Shown here: positions 23,091-33,928 of the stretch, in pieces
How the letters are laid out: each line of letters begins with the position of its first letter
Numbering within the stretch: the first letter of the stretch is position 1
NCBI RefSeq assembly: GCF_001194135.2
Contig: NC_068988.1
Span: 74,628,644-74,662,868 of the forward strand
Reading direction: 5' to 3'
DNA length: 34,225 bases
Source: Octopus bimaculoides
Taxonomy: Eukaryota
The notes under the pieces: generated by a model
Told to the model about the DNA's origin: nothing
Seen by the model: the letters and a program-made list of their open reading frames with translations, nothing else
The model's database searches: none
Position numbers and translations under genes: made by a program

Positions 23091-23115
<25 letters not shown>

Positions 23116-23619
23116 CCTTTGGTTGTCAACAGAGGTACATAAACAGCTCATTTCTAATCCAAAGCAGATTTACATAGAGATAAGCTGCAGATTAAATCAT
23201 AACAAAAATAATAGATCAACAAGGACTGCAGTAAATTACAAAATGTAAAATCAATAGCTTTATTTTTGAAAGTATTTATGATATAATTAAAAAGATATAC
23301 ACACACACATACCGAAGTATAGTCAGAGAAAGTTATTTGTAAGCAGTATTTACGTTTAATTAAGTACAATCATAAAACACCTCTTTTACATACATTCAAA
23401 CTTTATATCTCTCAAATTAAACCATATCATTTCAAAGGGGTAAAGTCACCTTAAATACATCATGATTGAACAAAAGAAGGTGTAGGTAAGAATACCTATG
23501 ATTTTAAGAGTACCTGAGCAAGGTTGACCTGGGGTTCAGTAACAAAAACAAGCAATACTTTTGTGAAACTGTTAGTTTACTCAACTTTTTTTAAGAATTC
23601 AACTGAAATAATCTGTTCA

Positions 23620-23830
23620 TCATTATTATTTAATGTCTGTCTTCATGCTGGCACTGTCTGGATGGTGCAACAGGGTTAGACGGGAGCAAGATTGTGTTGT
23701 GCTCTGCTGTCTGCTTTGGCATGGTATCTATGGCTGGATGCCCTTCCTAACACTAACCACTTTACAGAGTGTACAGTGTGCTTTCTGTGACACCAGTACT
23801 AATAAGGTAACTAAATAACTTGGAAGTCAG
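23620..23830 (-). mobile_element. Decayed RTE-type 3' tail
   Basis: catcattattatttaatgtc...catgctggca...ggctggatgcccttcctaacactaaccac is the reverse complement of the RTE tail. Confidence 0.75.
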
Positions 23831-24849
23831 GATTTCTCAAATGAGTGGAGGTGTAGAAGAGAGACAGGCAGCTTTATGTCAGGTGTTGAGAGGCTAAAGG
23901 GACAGGAAAAAGTGTTTTGCTGAAGGGGAGATATATGGCTACCTCAGCTGGGAAGAGAAAAAGATAGTGGTGATGTGGTATCAGTTGTACTCTCAATGTA
24001 CAGTTCTGTGATAGAAATAATATACAGTTCTGTAATAGAAAATTCAACAAAAAAAACAAAATTCCTAACTCTCAACTGTACTCTAGGTCAGAAATTTTCA
24101 GTGATTGCAAGAATACATATAAAAATATTTTGAACAGCAAAATTCCACCTATTCCAAAATTACTTGATATTTTCCCAGCCTCACAATTTAAGGTCTAAGG
24201 AGAATAACTTTTTTTTCCTTTCTACTTTTAACATTTTAATTTTTGTGTTTTTGTTTTCCATTTTTTACCTTCTGAGTTACCTATATACTGCCTTCTCAGT
24301 TTTTTGTGTCTCTAACTTTTTTAGTTTGTTATGCGTGGTTTGTGCCTGAAGAATATGATTGAGCAGTAATTATTAAAACAAAAAGTTAAATTCTGGTCAC
24401 GGAGTTGCCAAAGATTTTGGATTCCACAAAAGCCACAGCACTATACAAAGACAAAGAATTTCCTTTAGTTGTACACCTAACATAAAAAGCATTTTAATAA
24501 GCACCCACAATACAAGGGAGGAGGTAGGTATACAATAACTGTTCAGTAGGAGGCCGTTGCAAGGCTGAAGGAGTCATCTATGAAGCTATGGTGACACCTA
24601 GACCTGCTATCCACATTACCAGCAATGTACAATCCAACAGCATTCATAGCAAATTAACCAGGTCTCACGCCAGTACAATCACGATAGCCAGAGATGATGA
24701 CCAGTCCAGGGCCAGCGATACAGAGAAGGTAACTGACAACCAAACCTGATAACTTAGTGTTTGATGAGGAACAGCTCCAATTAGACTCTACCAGAGAATC
24801 TCTAAACAACAACATGAATGATCTTGATTTGTCACCAGTCAAGATTCAT

Positions 24850-25174
24850 TCAAAGACGTCCCTTTGCAAGAGAAAATTGACGCAAGTTGAAGGTGCAGTT
24901 GCAAAGAAACTTGATTTGTAAGAAGTGATGCCAAAGAATTGTGTGTGTCAAAAAGTACCATTCAAAAAGCCAGGTTGTTGCATGATGATAAAGGCATCAC
25001 TGGATGTCCTGATATTGCTCCACAACAGGATCAATCAGATTCTTGATGCGGTTACAGCTTTCTTTTGTGATGTTGAATTTTCCAGACAAATGCTCAGAAA
25101 AAAAGATTTTGTCAGTGTGGGAAAGAAAATTCAAGTTTCCAAATGATTATACCTTTGTAATCTAAGAGAACTGT
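24850..25174 (+). mobile_element. DNA transposase remnant (Sola2-like, tentative), left of the RTE insertion
   Basis: Translation FFCDVEFSRQMLRKKDFVSVGKKIQVSK*LYLCNLRELY runs up to the RTE tail. The 5' boundary is uncertain. Confidence 0.55.
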
Positions 25175-27474
25175 ATCATCATCATCATTTAATGTCTGCT
25201 TTCCATGCTGGCATGGGTTGGTCGGTTTGACTGAGGACTGGCAAGCCAGAAGGCTGCACCAGGCTCCAATCTGATCTGGCAAAGTTTCTACAGCTGGATG
25301 CCCTTCCTAATGCCAACCACTCCGAGAGTGTAGTCGGTGCTTTAATGTGCCAACGGCATGAGGGCCAGGCAGGCGGTACTGGCAACGACCACGCTCGAAT
25401 GTTGTTTTTCACGTGCCACCAGCACAGGTGACGCTGGCAACGATCACGCTCAAATGGTGCTTTTTACATGCCAGCAGCATGGGAACCAGTCAGCAGCCCT
25501 GGCAACGATCACACTCGGATGGCGCTTTTAACGTTCCACTGGCACGGTGCCAATCAGGCGGTACTGTCATCGACCATGTCAGCGATTTTGATTTCACTTG
25601 CCTCAACAGGTCTTTGCAAGCAAAGTTTATTGTGCAATGAATGAAGGATACTCATAAGTGTGCTAGTTATACACCACTGTCATAGGCCACAGGCTATGGT
25701 CTCACTTGGCTTGCCGGATCTTCTCAACCACAGCATATCTCCAAAGGTCTTGGTCACTAGTCATTGCCTCGGTGAGGCCCAATGTTTAAAGGTCATGTTT
25801 CACCACCTCATCCCAGGTCTTCCTGGGTCTACCTCTTCCACAGGCTCCCTCAACTGCTAAGGTGCAACACTTTTTCACACAGTTGTCCTCATCTGCCTAA
25901 CTTTTCTCTCGGGGCACTTACACTATTGTGTATGCACACTGACAACCCACATACTGGCTTCATTCCTTGCAAGCTTACACATGTCCTCAGCAGTCAAGGC
26001 CCATGTTTCACTGCCATGTAGCATGACTGTTCATACACATGCATCATACAGTCTGCCTTTTACTCATGAGAGGCCCTTTGTCACCAGCAGAGGTAGGAGC
26101 TCTCTGAACTTTGCCCAGGCTATTCTTATTCTAGCAGCTACACTTTCAGAGCATCCACCTCCGCTACTGACTTGGTTACCTAGGTAACGGAAGCTATCAA
26201 CTATGTCTAGTTTTTCTCCCTGGAATGTGATGGAAGCGATTCGCTGCACATTTTCAGTGTTTATTGCTCCTGAGCATTTGCCAAATACAAAAACTATCTT
26301 CCCAGTAAGCCTTCCTTTGACATTACTGCACCTCTTATGTGTCCATAGCTTACACTGGGTACATCTTATGGAGTTTCTACCTACATCTTGTCTACAGATC
26401 GAGCAGGGCCATCTACCTGAAGGGGTTTGTGGTTTGTTTGCCCTCCTACTTATTAAGACTTCGGTTTTAGCTAGGTTGACTCTGAGGCCCTTTGATTCTA
26501 GTCCTTGCTTCCACGCCTGAAACTTCTCTAGTTCTGATAGTGACTCAGCAATTAGTGCAAGGTCATCAGCATAGAGGAGCTCTCAGGGGCATCCTGTCTT
26601 GAATTCCTCTGTTATTGCCTGGAGGACTATAATGAATAGGAGGGGGCTGAGGATGATCCTTGGTGGACCCCAACCCCTACCTGGAACTCTTTGTTGTACT
26701 TGTTGCCAACCCTCACCTTACTGACAGCATCCCTGTACATGGCTTGCACAGCTCTCACTAACCATTCATCTATCCCTAGTTTCCTCATTGACCACCAGAT
26801 AAGGGATCGGGGGACCCTGTCAAAGGCTTTCTCCATGTCAACGAAAGCCAGGTACAGAGGTTTATCTTTGGCTAGGTATTTCTCCAGCAGCTGTCTTACC
26901 AGAAATATAGCATCAGTGGTGCTTTCTCCTAGCACAAACCCAAACTGCACCTCATCTAAACTGACTCTCTCCCTAATTAGTTGGGCTATGACCCTCTCCA
27001 TGACTTTCATTACCTGATACAACAACTTGATACCTCTGTAATTATTTGTATCTAATGTGTCACCTTTGTAGCAGTTGACTATGGTGCTGCTACACCAGTC
27101 ATTGGGTATGACTCCTTCATGTATCACTTCATTGACTATATGGGTGACTAGGCTATAGCCGACACTGCCAGATATTTTGAGCATCTCTGCAGTGATTCCT
27201 GATGGGCTGGGGGCTTTCCCTGTCTTCATACCCTTAATTGCTTTATGTACCAAGGTACTGTCAATTCGGATAGCTGGTCCCTCTGTTGGATCAGTATTCA
27301 ACAGACTCTCTTTCTCCCATTCATTCTTTTTAATTAGCAACCTTTCATAGTGGCGTCTCTAAACCTCTCTCTTTGCAGCCTCATTTAATGCAAGTGAACC
27401 ATCATCCATGCAGACATCACGATTCTCTCTCACATACTGTCTTGCAACACGAAATACCTCAAGTCTTTGGTCCT
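25175..27474 (-). mobile_element. About 2.3-kb 5'-truncated RTE LINE with a disrupted reverse transcriptase
   Basis: ORF 26627-27340 has NYRGIKLL, QFGF, FVDMEKAFDRVPR and GVHQGS. After a frameshift it reads GCP*ELLYADD (YADD at 26562-26573), then the C-terminal domain, 3' UTR repeats and a (CAT)n tail at 25175-25188. Confidence 0.93.
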
Positions 27475-27938
27475 CCATACAAATTGAAAAATCCCAATCA
27501 TAAAATAGGCTTCTCAAAGTTTGCAAGTCTCTGTCCTAACTGGTGCATTCTTGTGGAATGAAAGGGCTCTCATTCAGTGTGTGTATGCACAATACATCAA
27601 AATTTGAAACTTATGTGGAGATCTGTTGGTTTGGAAAAGTCCTATCACCACTTGATTGAAATGATGGTGTGCGATAGAAATGTATGATTTACCACCCAGG
27701 ATGTTTTGAAACATCTTGAACATCATGCTGGGGAAGTTGAGGATGGTGATGCCACTGATGGTAATCAAGTTGCTGATGAGATTCAATTTAAGCAATGGAC
27801 AACAACTGACAGAACTGAACTCGTCACTGTATCAGTCTGTTCAAGAATTTGTTGACCTCCTGACAGGAAAAAATCGACAAAATCACCTTGCACTCTTTCA
27901 TTGCGCATGCCAGTCAACTCATTTGGAACGCCTCAAAG
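27475..27938 (+). mobile_element. DNA transposase remnant (Sola2-like, tentative), right of the RTE insertion, running into a gap
   Basis: Encodes YKLKNPNHKIGFSKFASLCPNWCILV...HSVCVCTIHQNLK, and later IQFKQWTTTDRTEL and HSFIA. It continues the protein broken at 25174. The diagnostic catalytic motifs would fall in the gap. Confidence 0.6.
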
Positions 27939-28179
27939 NNNNNNNNNNNNNNNNNNNNNNNNNNNNNNNNNNNNNNNNNNNNNNNNNNNNNNNNNNNNNN
28001 NNNNNNNNNNNNNNNNNNNNNNNNNNNNNNNNNNNNNNNNNNNNNNNNNNNNNNNNNNNNNNNNNNNNNNNNNNNNNNNNNNNNNNNNNNNNNNNNNNNN
28101 NNNNNNNNNNNNNNNNNNNNNNNNNNNNNNNNNNNNNNNNNNNNNNNNNNNNNNNNNNNNNNNNNNNNNNNNNNNNNNN
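27939..28179. other. Assembly gap (241 N)
   Basis: Run of N. Confidence 1.
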
Positions 28180-28480
28180 ACTGGAAAAGTTTTCTTTGGG
28201 ACAAGCCCGTTGTAGTTCAGGCTTCTGCCACTTGATGTGATCCTTAGGCATCAGTATGCTGACCAGTGGTGTCAAATGTAGTCCTACTGCCACATGGTGC
28301 ATCTTTGCTTTGCAGTGCTTCTCCTCTGTTCATTGATTTTTGTGATGGCTGACATGAAGGAACAGTGTACTTCCATGAAATTCTATTTTCTGCTGGGGAA
28401 AACAGAGGCCAAAACAGTTGTCATACTTCAAACAGCTTACAAGGATGATGCCATGAGCAAAACACAAGCTTATTTTACTG
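28180..28480 (+). mobile_element. Mariner 5' fragment (N-terminal HTH)
   Basis: Encodes MADMKEQCTSMKFYFLLGKTEAKTVVILQTAYKDDAMSKTQAY, resembling the mariner transposase HTH (EQR..IKFCF.LGK.A.ET..ML..AY.D.AMS.TQVY). Confidence 0.75.
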
Positions 28481-28499
28481 GAAAACAAACTCTTATATT

Positions 28500-28542
<43 letters not shown>

Positions 28543-28544
28543 TC

Positions 28545-29845
28545 ATTTAACATTCACCCTCCATGTTGATGAGCCTGAGCTGCACTTAGTTTCAGTCTGA
28601 TTTGGAAAGGTTTCTATGGCTGGATGCCCTTCCTAACGCTAGGAGTGTAATGAGTGGTTTTATGTGCCACCAGCAGAGTCATTTACATGACACTGGCAAC
28701 AACCATGATTATGATTCACGGGTGCTTTATATGGCACTGACAACGACAATAATTACAATGCATGGGTACCATTTACATGGCACCGTCAACGACCACAACC
28801 ATGATTCATGGGTGCCATTTACATGGCACTGACAATGACCACAATTCACAGGTGCCCTTTTCAGGGTACTGGCAGCGAACATGACTACGATTCACAAGTA
28901 CCATTTGCATGGGACTGTCAATGATCACGACTACAATTTACGGGCGCCATTTACATGGCACTGTCAATGACCACAACTACGACTCACAGGTGCATTTCAC
29001 AAGACAAAGGTGATGGCTTGACTCCAATTTCATGGGTGCCATTTACATGGCACCACAATGGCCATGCCTATGATTCACAGATCTCATTTACATAACACTG
29101 GCATGGCCACACCTATGATTCCACTAGGCCTGATGAGTTTTCTCATGCACAGCATATCGCTGGAGGTCTCAGTCACTTTACATCACCTCTGTGAGGCACA
29201 ATATTCAAAGATCATGCTTCACCACCTCATCCCATGTCTTTCTGGGTCTACTTCTTCCACAGCTTCCCTCCACAGTCAGAGATCAGCACTTCTTTACACA
29301 GCTGTCCTCGTCCATACACATCACATGATCATACCAGCAGAGTTGTCTCTCTGGCACACTACCTCTGATGCCTCTTATGTCCAACTTTTCTCTCAAGACG
29401 CTAACACTGTCATTCATGCACAGTGACATTGCACATCCAGCAAAGCGAACTAGCCTCATTTCTTTCAAGCCTATACATGTCCTTCAGTGGTCACAGCTTT
29501 TGTTTCACTGACATGTAGCATAGCTGTTTGTACACAAGCATCATACAGACTGGTTTTCATTCTGAGTGAGAGACCTTTTGTTACCAATAGCAGTAGAAAC
29601 TCTCTGAACTTTGCCCAGCCTATTCTTATTCTCGCAGCTACACTCTCAGAGCATCCACCTCCACTACTGATTTCGTTACCTAGAGAATGGAAGCTATCAC
29701 CTACCTCTGGTTTACCCCATTGGCATTGGATGGAGTCTATTTTCTGTACATTTGTAGTGTTTATTGTACTTTGTACACCTTCCACACACAAAAACTATTT
29801 CCCTGTTAACCTTCCTCTGATATTGCAGTTTGTCCAGTAGCTTAC
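28545..29845 (-). mobile_element. Older RTE LINE 3' portion with an expanded 3' UTR VNTR
   Basis: Minus remnants SGGGCSESVAARIRIGWAKFREFLLLL and LCWYDHVMCMDEDSCVKKC, colinear with the 25175-27474 copy; tail near 28545. Confidence 0.85.
28681..29120. repeat. About 46-bp tandem array, about 10 units, with internal hairpins
   Basis: Unit is approximately atttacatggcactgtcaatgaccacaactacgattcacgggtgcc. The best-preserved units contain the palindrome gtgcca-tttaca-tggcac (e.g. 28812-28829). Confidence 0.88.
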
Positions 29846-30175
29846 CATTTGCAAGGAAGCTCTGAAAAAGAAATTGCAGTGGTTTTGCAAAGACTCAATA
29901 GCATGACTTGAGGTTTGCTGGGAATTCATTGTTGCCAGGAGCTGAGTTTGCATGCACATCATCTATTGCCAGTATTATATCCTCTTCTTTGATATTGACA
30001 TATTGACCATTTTTTCTGCCTCCCTTTCAGCTTCTATTGTGGTAAAGAATTCTACAGGTTTGCTAACTTGCATGTGCTGTAAGGTGAAGACACTTTTGTA
30101 TTGTTCATTCAGAGTTTCACCTATCCTCACTAGGTTTCCCATGAGGGAGCCATCTTTTTGGAAGAGTGACCTTAC
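29846..30175 (-). mobile_element. CR1-group LINE fragment, same family as 4810-7380
   Basis: Minus translation DGSLMGNLVRIGETLNEQYKSVFT...VFAKPLQFLFQSFLANGKL parallels DGSLTGNPMRIREILNKQFKSVFT...VLAKPLQ at about 6835-7100. Confidence 0.75.
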
Positions 30176-30860
30176 CCTGTACATCATTACAACCTGACAT
30201 TTTGCTACTTTAAATTCCTCCACTACAAATGACATGAGGAGTTGTAGCTGTCCAGATCTTATGTACAGAACTATTGAAGTGAAACTTGGGGGAACACCTA
30301 ACCACCTTCGAAAGTATTTATTTACCTTCCTCTCCACGCTTTCCATGCTTGTCATTGAAATCTCATACAACATCAATAACTATATAAGTCTTGGAAGCTG
30401 TCCATATTGGTAGAGTCATGCCCTGATCTTTCAATCCTCCTCAGTCCCTCCTCTGCTTGCTTCACAGTATTGATGACATTGCTTCTGTCCAAGAGTGAAT
30501 TGTTAAACAGCTTTCCAAGGCATTTAATCGGATTTTCTACTATTGATGGAATGGCCTCTCCTTGCACTTGTAGCTTGATTTTGTTAGTTACTTTACCCCT
30601 TCTGATTACCATACTCCTAGACTTTGGGCTTAAACTTCAATCTAACCCATGTTTCCATGTGAAGTCAGTATTCTTTTTGCCTCCACATGATTTGTAGTTG
30701 TTACCATGATATCATCCATGAAGCCCCTTATTGGGTGCTGACAGCTGCCTGGTTTCATTGTTGGCTCTTGGGCTTCATTATCAGCAGCTGATATGAAGAG
30801 AATCATTCCCATTATGAAAAGAATGGGAGAAATTGTGCAACCAGTAATAATTCCTTTCTC
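30176..30860 (-). mobile_element. HERO-like (RLE-class) non-LTR retrotransposon RT fragment, decayed
   Basis: FMDD catalytic motif (30711-30722), IKCLGKLF, then LMLYEISMTSMESVERKVNKYFRRWLGVPPSFTSIVLY...VVEEFKVAK, similar to recalled HERO-clade sequence. Confidence 0.65.
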
Positions 30861-31810
30861 AAGATCTTACCAGAGTTGTAAGGTGAGCTGTTCTAAAGCA
30901 TAACTGGATGCTTCCAACGTGACTGGTGACTATTCCTTTAATATGCAGGGGAATATGGTAGTAGTCAAGGACTACATATATGAGGGTATATATATACACA
31001 CACACACACACACATACATACATGCATATATGTATGTACATATGCATGCATGCATACATACATACATACACATATATATGTTTATTTTGTTGTTTTGGAA
31101 GCCTGATGTGAGATTGTACACTGAAACATTTTTTGTTGTATTTGGTGATGGTAATTTTTTATATTGCCAAATAACCACAAGCACTATATACTTGCTCTTC
31201 ACTTCAGCTTTATTATTATTCATATTTTAGTGTCCTTTGTCTGAAATCTTCTGTCACACATCCTGTAACCTCTGCAGCGACTCTCCATCCCACACGTCTT
31301 CCGTTCTTTTTAGTCCATGCTGTTTCTGTGGTGTACATCCTTATGCGTGCATGTGTTTGTGTGTGTACGTGTGTATATGGGTTTATATATTATAATGTTT
31401 GTATCTATGCCTATTTTTTCCTTCATTCATTCTGTCTTTAGTTGTCATGTTGTGTAGTGTGGTTAGGGATGTTATTGTTCCATACATGTTTTCCATTGAG
31501 GCTTGGTCTGTCTATTACTATGTGTGTGGACTCTATAGTCTAAGTGTCCTCCCTGAGCTCACACCAGTGTTCATCTATCCGCTCAGCCTGGAAACCAAAC
31601 CAACAATCTGGTGATCATGAGTGTCACACCTGAACCACTAGGCCACACACATCCATATATATTCTTTTATTTGTTTCAGTTATTTGACTGCAGCCATGCT
31701 GGAGCACTGCTTTCTAGTTGAACAAATTGACCCCAGGACTTATTTTTTGTAAGCTTTGTACTTATCCTATCGGTCTCTTTTGCTGAACTGCTATGTATAT
31801 ATATATATAT

Positions 31811-31973
31811 GACAGGCTTCTTTCAGTTTCCATCTACAAAATCTACTCACAAGACTTTGGTTGGTCTGAGGCTATAGCAGAAGACACTTGCCCAAGGTAT
31901 CATGCAGTGGGACTGAACCTAGAACCATGTGGTTGGAAAGCAAGCATCTTACCATACAAGCTACACCTGCGCC
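31811..31973 (-). mobile_element. tRNA-derived SINE
   Basis: The minus strand starts ggcgcaggtgtagcttgtatggtaag, has the B-box ggttcagtccc (31909-31919) and the body gaaactgaaagaagcc, and is flanked by (TA)n. Confidence 0.75.
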
Positions 31974-32231
31974 TATATATATATATATATATATAATTGA
32001 ATTTCTCTGTTTGTTTGTCTGTCAAAATGAAAGTAAAGATAGCAAATCTGTAAGAGTAGCCTCACCCTGGCTCGAATTCAAAACTGAATCTGTCAATTCT
32101 CCTTGGGTATACAGCCTATTCAAACATCAAAAGAAACCGTAACAAATGGGTGTTCCACCTGTTGCCTTTTCAGTGCTATCGCAAGTTCACTCACATAATG
32201 AGTGACCTGAATTCAGTAAAGCTATTGTTCT

Positions 32232-32590
32232 ATGATAGTGCCTATTATGCTATTGCGTAATTTGTTTCAACCAAAATTATGCAATGGTACAAGACTAATT
32301 GTGCAAACACTTACAAGGAACTGCACTGAGGCAAATATTCTCACTGGTTGTGGTAAAGGTGAGACCGTCTTCATTCCTCGCATACCAGTTATACCATCTT
32401 ACATCCCGTTCCAAGTTAAGTGGTTACAGTTTCCTATCCAAGTTTCTTTTGTCATTAGCATTAATAAAAGTCAGGGCTAAACACTAAAAGTCACTTTTCA
32501 CATGGACAACTTTATGTAGGAGCATCACATTTGGGACCAACAGCTGATCTTTTTGCTTATGCACCCCGAAATAAAACAAAAAATATTGTT
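32232..32590 (+). mobile_element. Helitron PIF1-like helicase C-terminal remnant
   Basis: Encodes PIMLLRNL..PKLCNGTRL...ILTGCGKGETVFIPRIP...LQFPIQVSFVISINKSQG, then SHGQLYVG and TKNIVY. These are PIF1/RepHel motifs with stops and frameshifts, and there are no introns. Confidence 0.85.
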
Positions 32591-32952
32591 TATAAAAAAA
32601 TATCCATGCTTAATGCAATAACTTAATTTGCCATTACTATCATTACATTCAAGAATGAGTAAATTACCTATTTAAATGAAGTGTATTATATAATTACCAT
32701 TAGAGTATTGATAAATAAAATAACACATACAACTCACTTATTATTGTCATATAATAAACAAACAAAAATTCATGTATGTAATTGATTTTTTTTTCTACTT
32801 CAATTATTACATGTTTTTCTCTTATAAAATACACACATATAGGAGGAGTAAATTATATATATAATAATACTTTGAATGTGGCTCCAGAGAAAGAGTAAAA
32901 GTAATTACCCAATCAACAGCAGGTATTACTGTTAGTATATATATATATATAT

Positions 32953-33456
32953 NNNNNNNNNNNNNNNNNNNNNNNNNNNNNNNNNNNNNNNNNNNNNNNN
33001 NNNNNNNNNNNNNNNNNNNNNNNNNNNNNNNNNNNNNNNNNNNNNNNNNNNNNNNNNNNNNNNNNNNNNNNNNNNNNNNNNNNNNNNNNNNNNNNNNNNN
33101 NNNNNNNNNNNNNNNNNNNNNNNNNNNNNNNNNNNNNNNNNNNNNNNNNNNNNNNNNNNNNNNNNNNNNNNNNNNNNNNNNNNNNNNNNNNNNNNNNNNN
33201 NNNNNNNNNNNNNNNNNNNNNNNNNNNNNNNNNNNNNNNNNNNNNNNNNNNNNNNNNNNNNNNNNNNNNNNNNNNNNNNNNNNNNNNNNNNNNNNNNNNN
33301 NNNNNNNNNNNNNNNNNNNNNNNNNNNNNNNNNNNNNNNNNNNNNNNNNNNNNNNNNNNNNNNNNNNNNNNNNNNNNNNNNNNNNNNNNNNNNNNNNNNN
33401 NNNNNNNNNNNNNNNNNNNNNNNNNNNNNNNNNNNNNNNNNNNNNNNNNNNNNNNN
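32953..33456. other. Assembly gap (504 N)
   Basis: Run of N following (TA)n. Confidence 1.
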
Positions 33457-33928
33457 TGCTCCTGAAAAATGGAGCTCATGGAGCTCTAAAATATGAGAAT
33501 GAAGGCCCCTATTGGGGGTGGGTGTGTTAATGTCAACCAGAGAAGTTGAATTGTCGGGAATGTTTTTAAGTTGAGTCTTATATTTTGCCTGTATATATGT
33601 GAGAGTATAGTTTCACTTTAATAGTTTCAGTATGAAATTGAAAGTATTAAAGTGAAAGTATCTGACACTACAGTAGAGTGATGTTATTGTTTCACTTTTG
33701 ACACGTAATACTGAAATAGTGGAGGAGATATGATATTGCTGTGAGCTCGAACTATGCAAGAAGTTAAAAAATTTTTTGGCCTAAGACACTACATGGACCC
33801 TAAAAGAATTTTGTTCCTGACAAATGGAGCTCATGGAGCTGTAAAATGTGGGAGTTAAGGCCCCTATTGGGGGTGGGGGTGTTAATGTCAACCAGAGAAG
33901 TTGAATTGTTGGGAATCTTTTTAACTTG
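33457..33928. repeat. About 117-bp direct repeat at 355-bp spacing
   Basis: 33457-33573 matches 33812-33928 (aaatggagctcatggagct...aaggcccctattgggggtggg..tgttaatgtcaaccagagaagttgaattgt). Confidence 0.88.

Noticed and set aside
26627-27340. Functional reverse transcriptase gene
   Set aside because: A frameshift and an in-frame stop precede YADD, the endonuclease is missing, and the element is 5'-truncated.
27716-28302. Long ORFs spanning N runs (also 19994-20664 and 32913-33479)
   Set aside because: Artefacts of translating assembly gaps.
28681-29120. CRISPR-like array (regular palindromic repeats)
   Set aside because: The units are contiguous with no unique spacers, there are no cas genes, the context is eukaryotic, and the unit is related to the RTE 3' UTR.
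32232-32590. Host PIF1 helicase gene
   Set aside because: An intronless fragment with stops and frameshifts and Helitron-type motifs.
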